This document shows, in pieces, positions 63,244 to 63,785 of a DNA stretch of 63,785 bases (within the stretch, counting starts at the first letter, position 1; each line of letters begins with the position of its first letter). Location of the stretch: IMG/VR virus record IMGVR_UViG_3300044675_006867; one strand, given 5' to 3'. The notes under the pieces are model-generated. The model did not search any database. It was not told where the DNA came from and saw nothing but the letters and a program-made list of their open reading frames with translations. The stretch comes from a virus. The translations under genes and the position numbers were made by a program.

Positions 63244-63785
63244 CTAGTTTTTTATGTGTAAAAGTGGTTCATGGTTGGCTATTCGTTCCAGGGACTTATT
63301 GTAATAGGTTTCATCCTTCTCTATGCAAATAAAATGCCTGTTGCTATTGAGACAAGCAATCGCTGTCGTGCCTGATCCACTGCAATTATCTAAGACGACT
63401 TCGCCTTCATTTGTGTAGGTCTTGATTAGATACTCAAAGAGGGCTACCGGCTTTTGCGTGGGATGAATTGAATCTATTCGTAGCTCACAATCGAATGACA
63501 AGATACTTGTAGGCAATCTATTTGCATTGACAATGTTATCAGTACGCTTTTCTTTCCATTGTGCATAGTCTTTCCCTTTACTCTTTCTTTTCTCATCTTT
63601 ACCAAATCTAAAACTGATCGGATTATAGGTTGGCTGTTTTTTATAAAAAATCAACACCTCTTCAAAATTTTTTAGAGGCATATGCTTTGCATTAAGAAAT
63701 CCAGTTGATAAATTTTTTTGCCAAATCCATCTATACCTAAAAAGACGGGGATTACTTGCCCAAAGCTGAAAAGTGAAAATATTGC
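63244..63785 (-). CDS. DNA methyltransferase paralog B, C-terminal part (N-terminus at 323..128 across the junction)
   Basis: The frame stays open to the window end. The C-terminus (HPTQKPVALFEYLIKTYTNEGEVVLDNCSGSGTTAIACLNSNRHFICIEKDETYYNKSLERIANHEPLLH) is identical to paralog A. Confidence 0.85.
   Translation of the reverse strand, partial: NIFTFQLWASNPRLFRYRWIWQKNLSTGFLNAKHMPLKNFEEVLIFYKKQPTYNPISFRFGKDEKRKSKGKDYAQWKEKRTDNIVNANRLPTSILSFDCELRIDSIHPTQKPVALFEYLIKTYTNEGEVVLDNCSGSGTTAIACLNSNRHFICIEKDETYYNKSLERIANHEPLLHIKN
63659..63785. repeat. Terminal overlap identical to 1-127
   Basis: Read directly. Confidence 0.95.

Overview
The window looks like a complete, circularly closed genome of a contractile-tailed dsDNA phage. 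Bases 1-127 are identical to 63659-63785, so the unique length is about 63.66 kb. I saw no integrase or repressor, so it looks lytic. All domain calls come from motifs read by eye in the supplied translations; no database search was run.

Layout:
- Plus-strand early block (1.7-6.2 kb): RecU-like resolvase, ThyX and a class II ribonucleotide reductase.
- Minus-strand sliding clamp and SLT lysin, then plus-strand large terminase (8.5 kb).
- Long repeat-rich tail fibre followed by three small C1q/TNF-like paralogs (10.5-14.9 kb), then a lysis cassette (14.9-15.8 kb).
- Minus-strand replication block (15.8-26.1 kb): DUF4338-like protein, family A DNA polymerase, SNF2 helicase, Cas4-like nuclease and a primase-helicase.
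- Minus-strand late block (26.4-58.7 kb), read in transcription order: portal, MuF-like protein, protease, scaffold, capsid, neck, sheath, tube, chaperones, tape measure, baseplate.
- Early accessory block (58.8 kb across the junction to 0.9 kb): two paralogous DPPY-type methyltransferases, dCMP deaminase and HTH proteins.

Most unusual observations:
1. A C5-cytosine methyltransferase whose conserved motifs are split between two fully open overlapping frames. The frames start from overlapping TTG/GTG codons behind a single SD.
2. Four paralogous proteins interleaved with the head genes. They share a near-identical ~140-aa N-terminal module fused to unrelated C-termini, one of which is ParB-like. 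They may be packaged or ejected cargo.
3. Two diverged copies of a ~300-bp non-coding element packed with the 10-mer TGCATAAGAT in both orientations.
4. A tail-chaperone pair arranged for a +1 shift rather than the usual -1.
5. A standalone DUF4338-like gene translationally coupled to the DNA polymerase.
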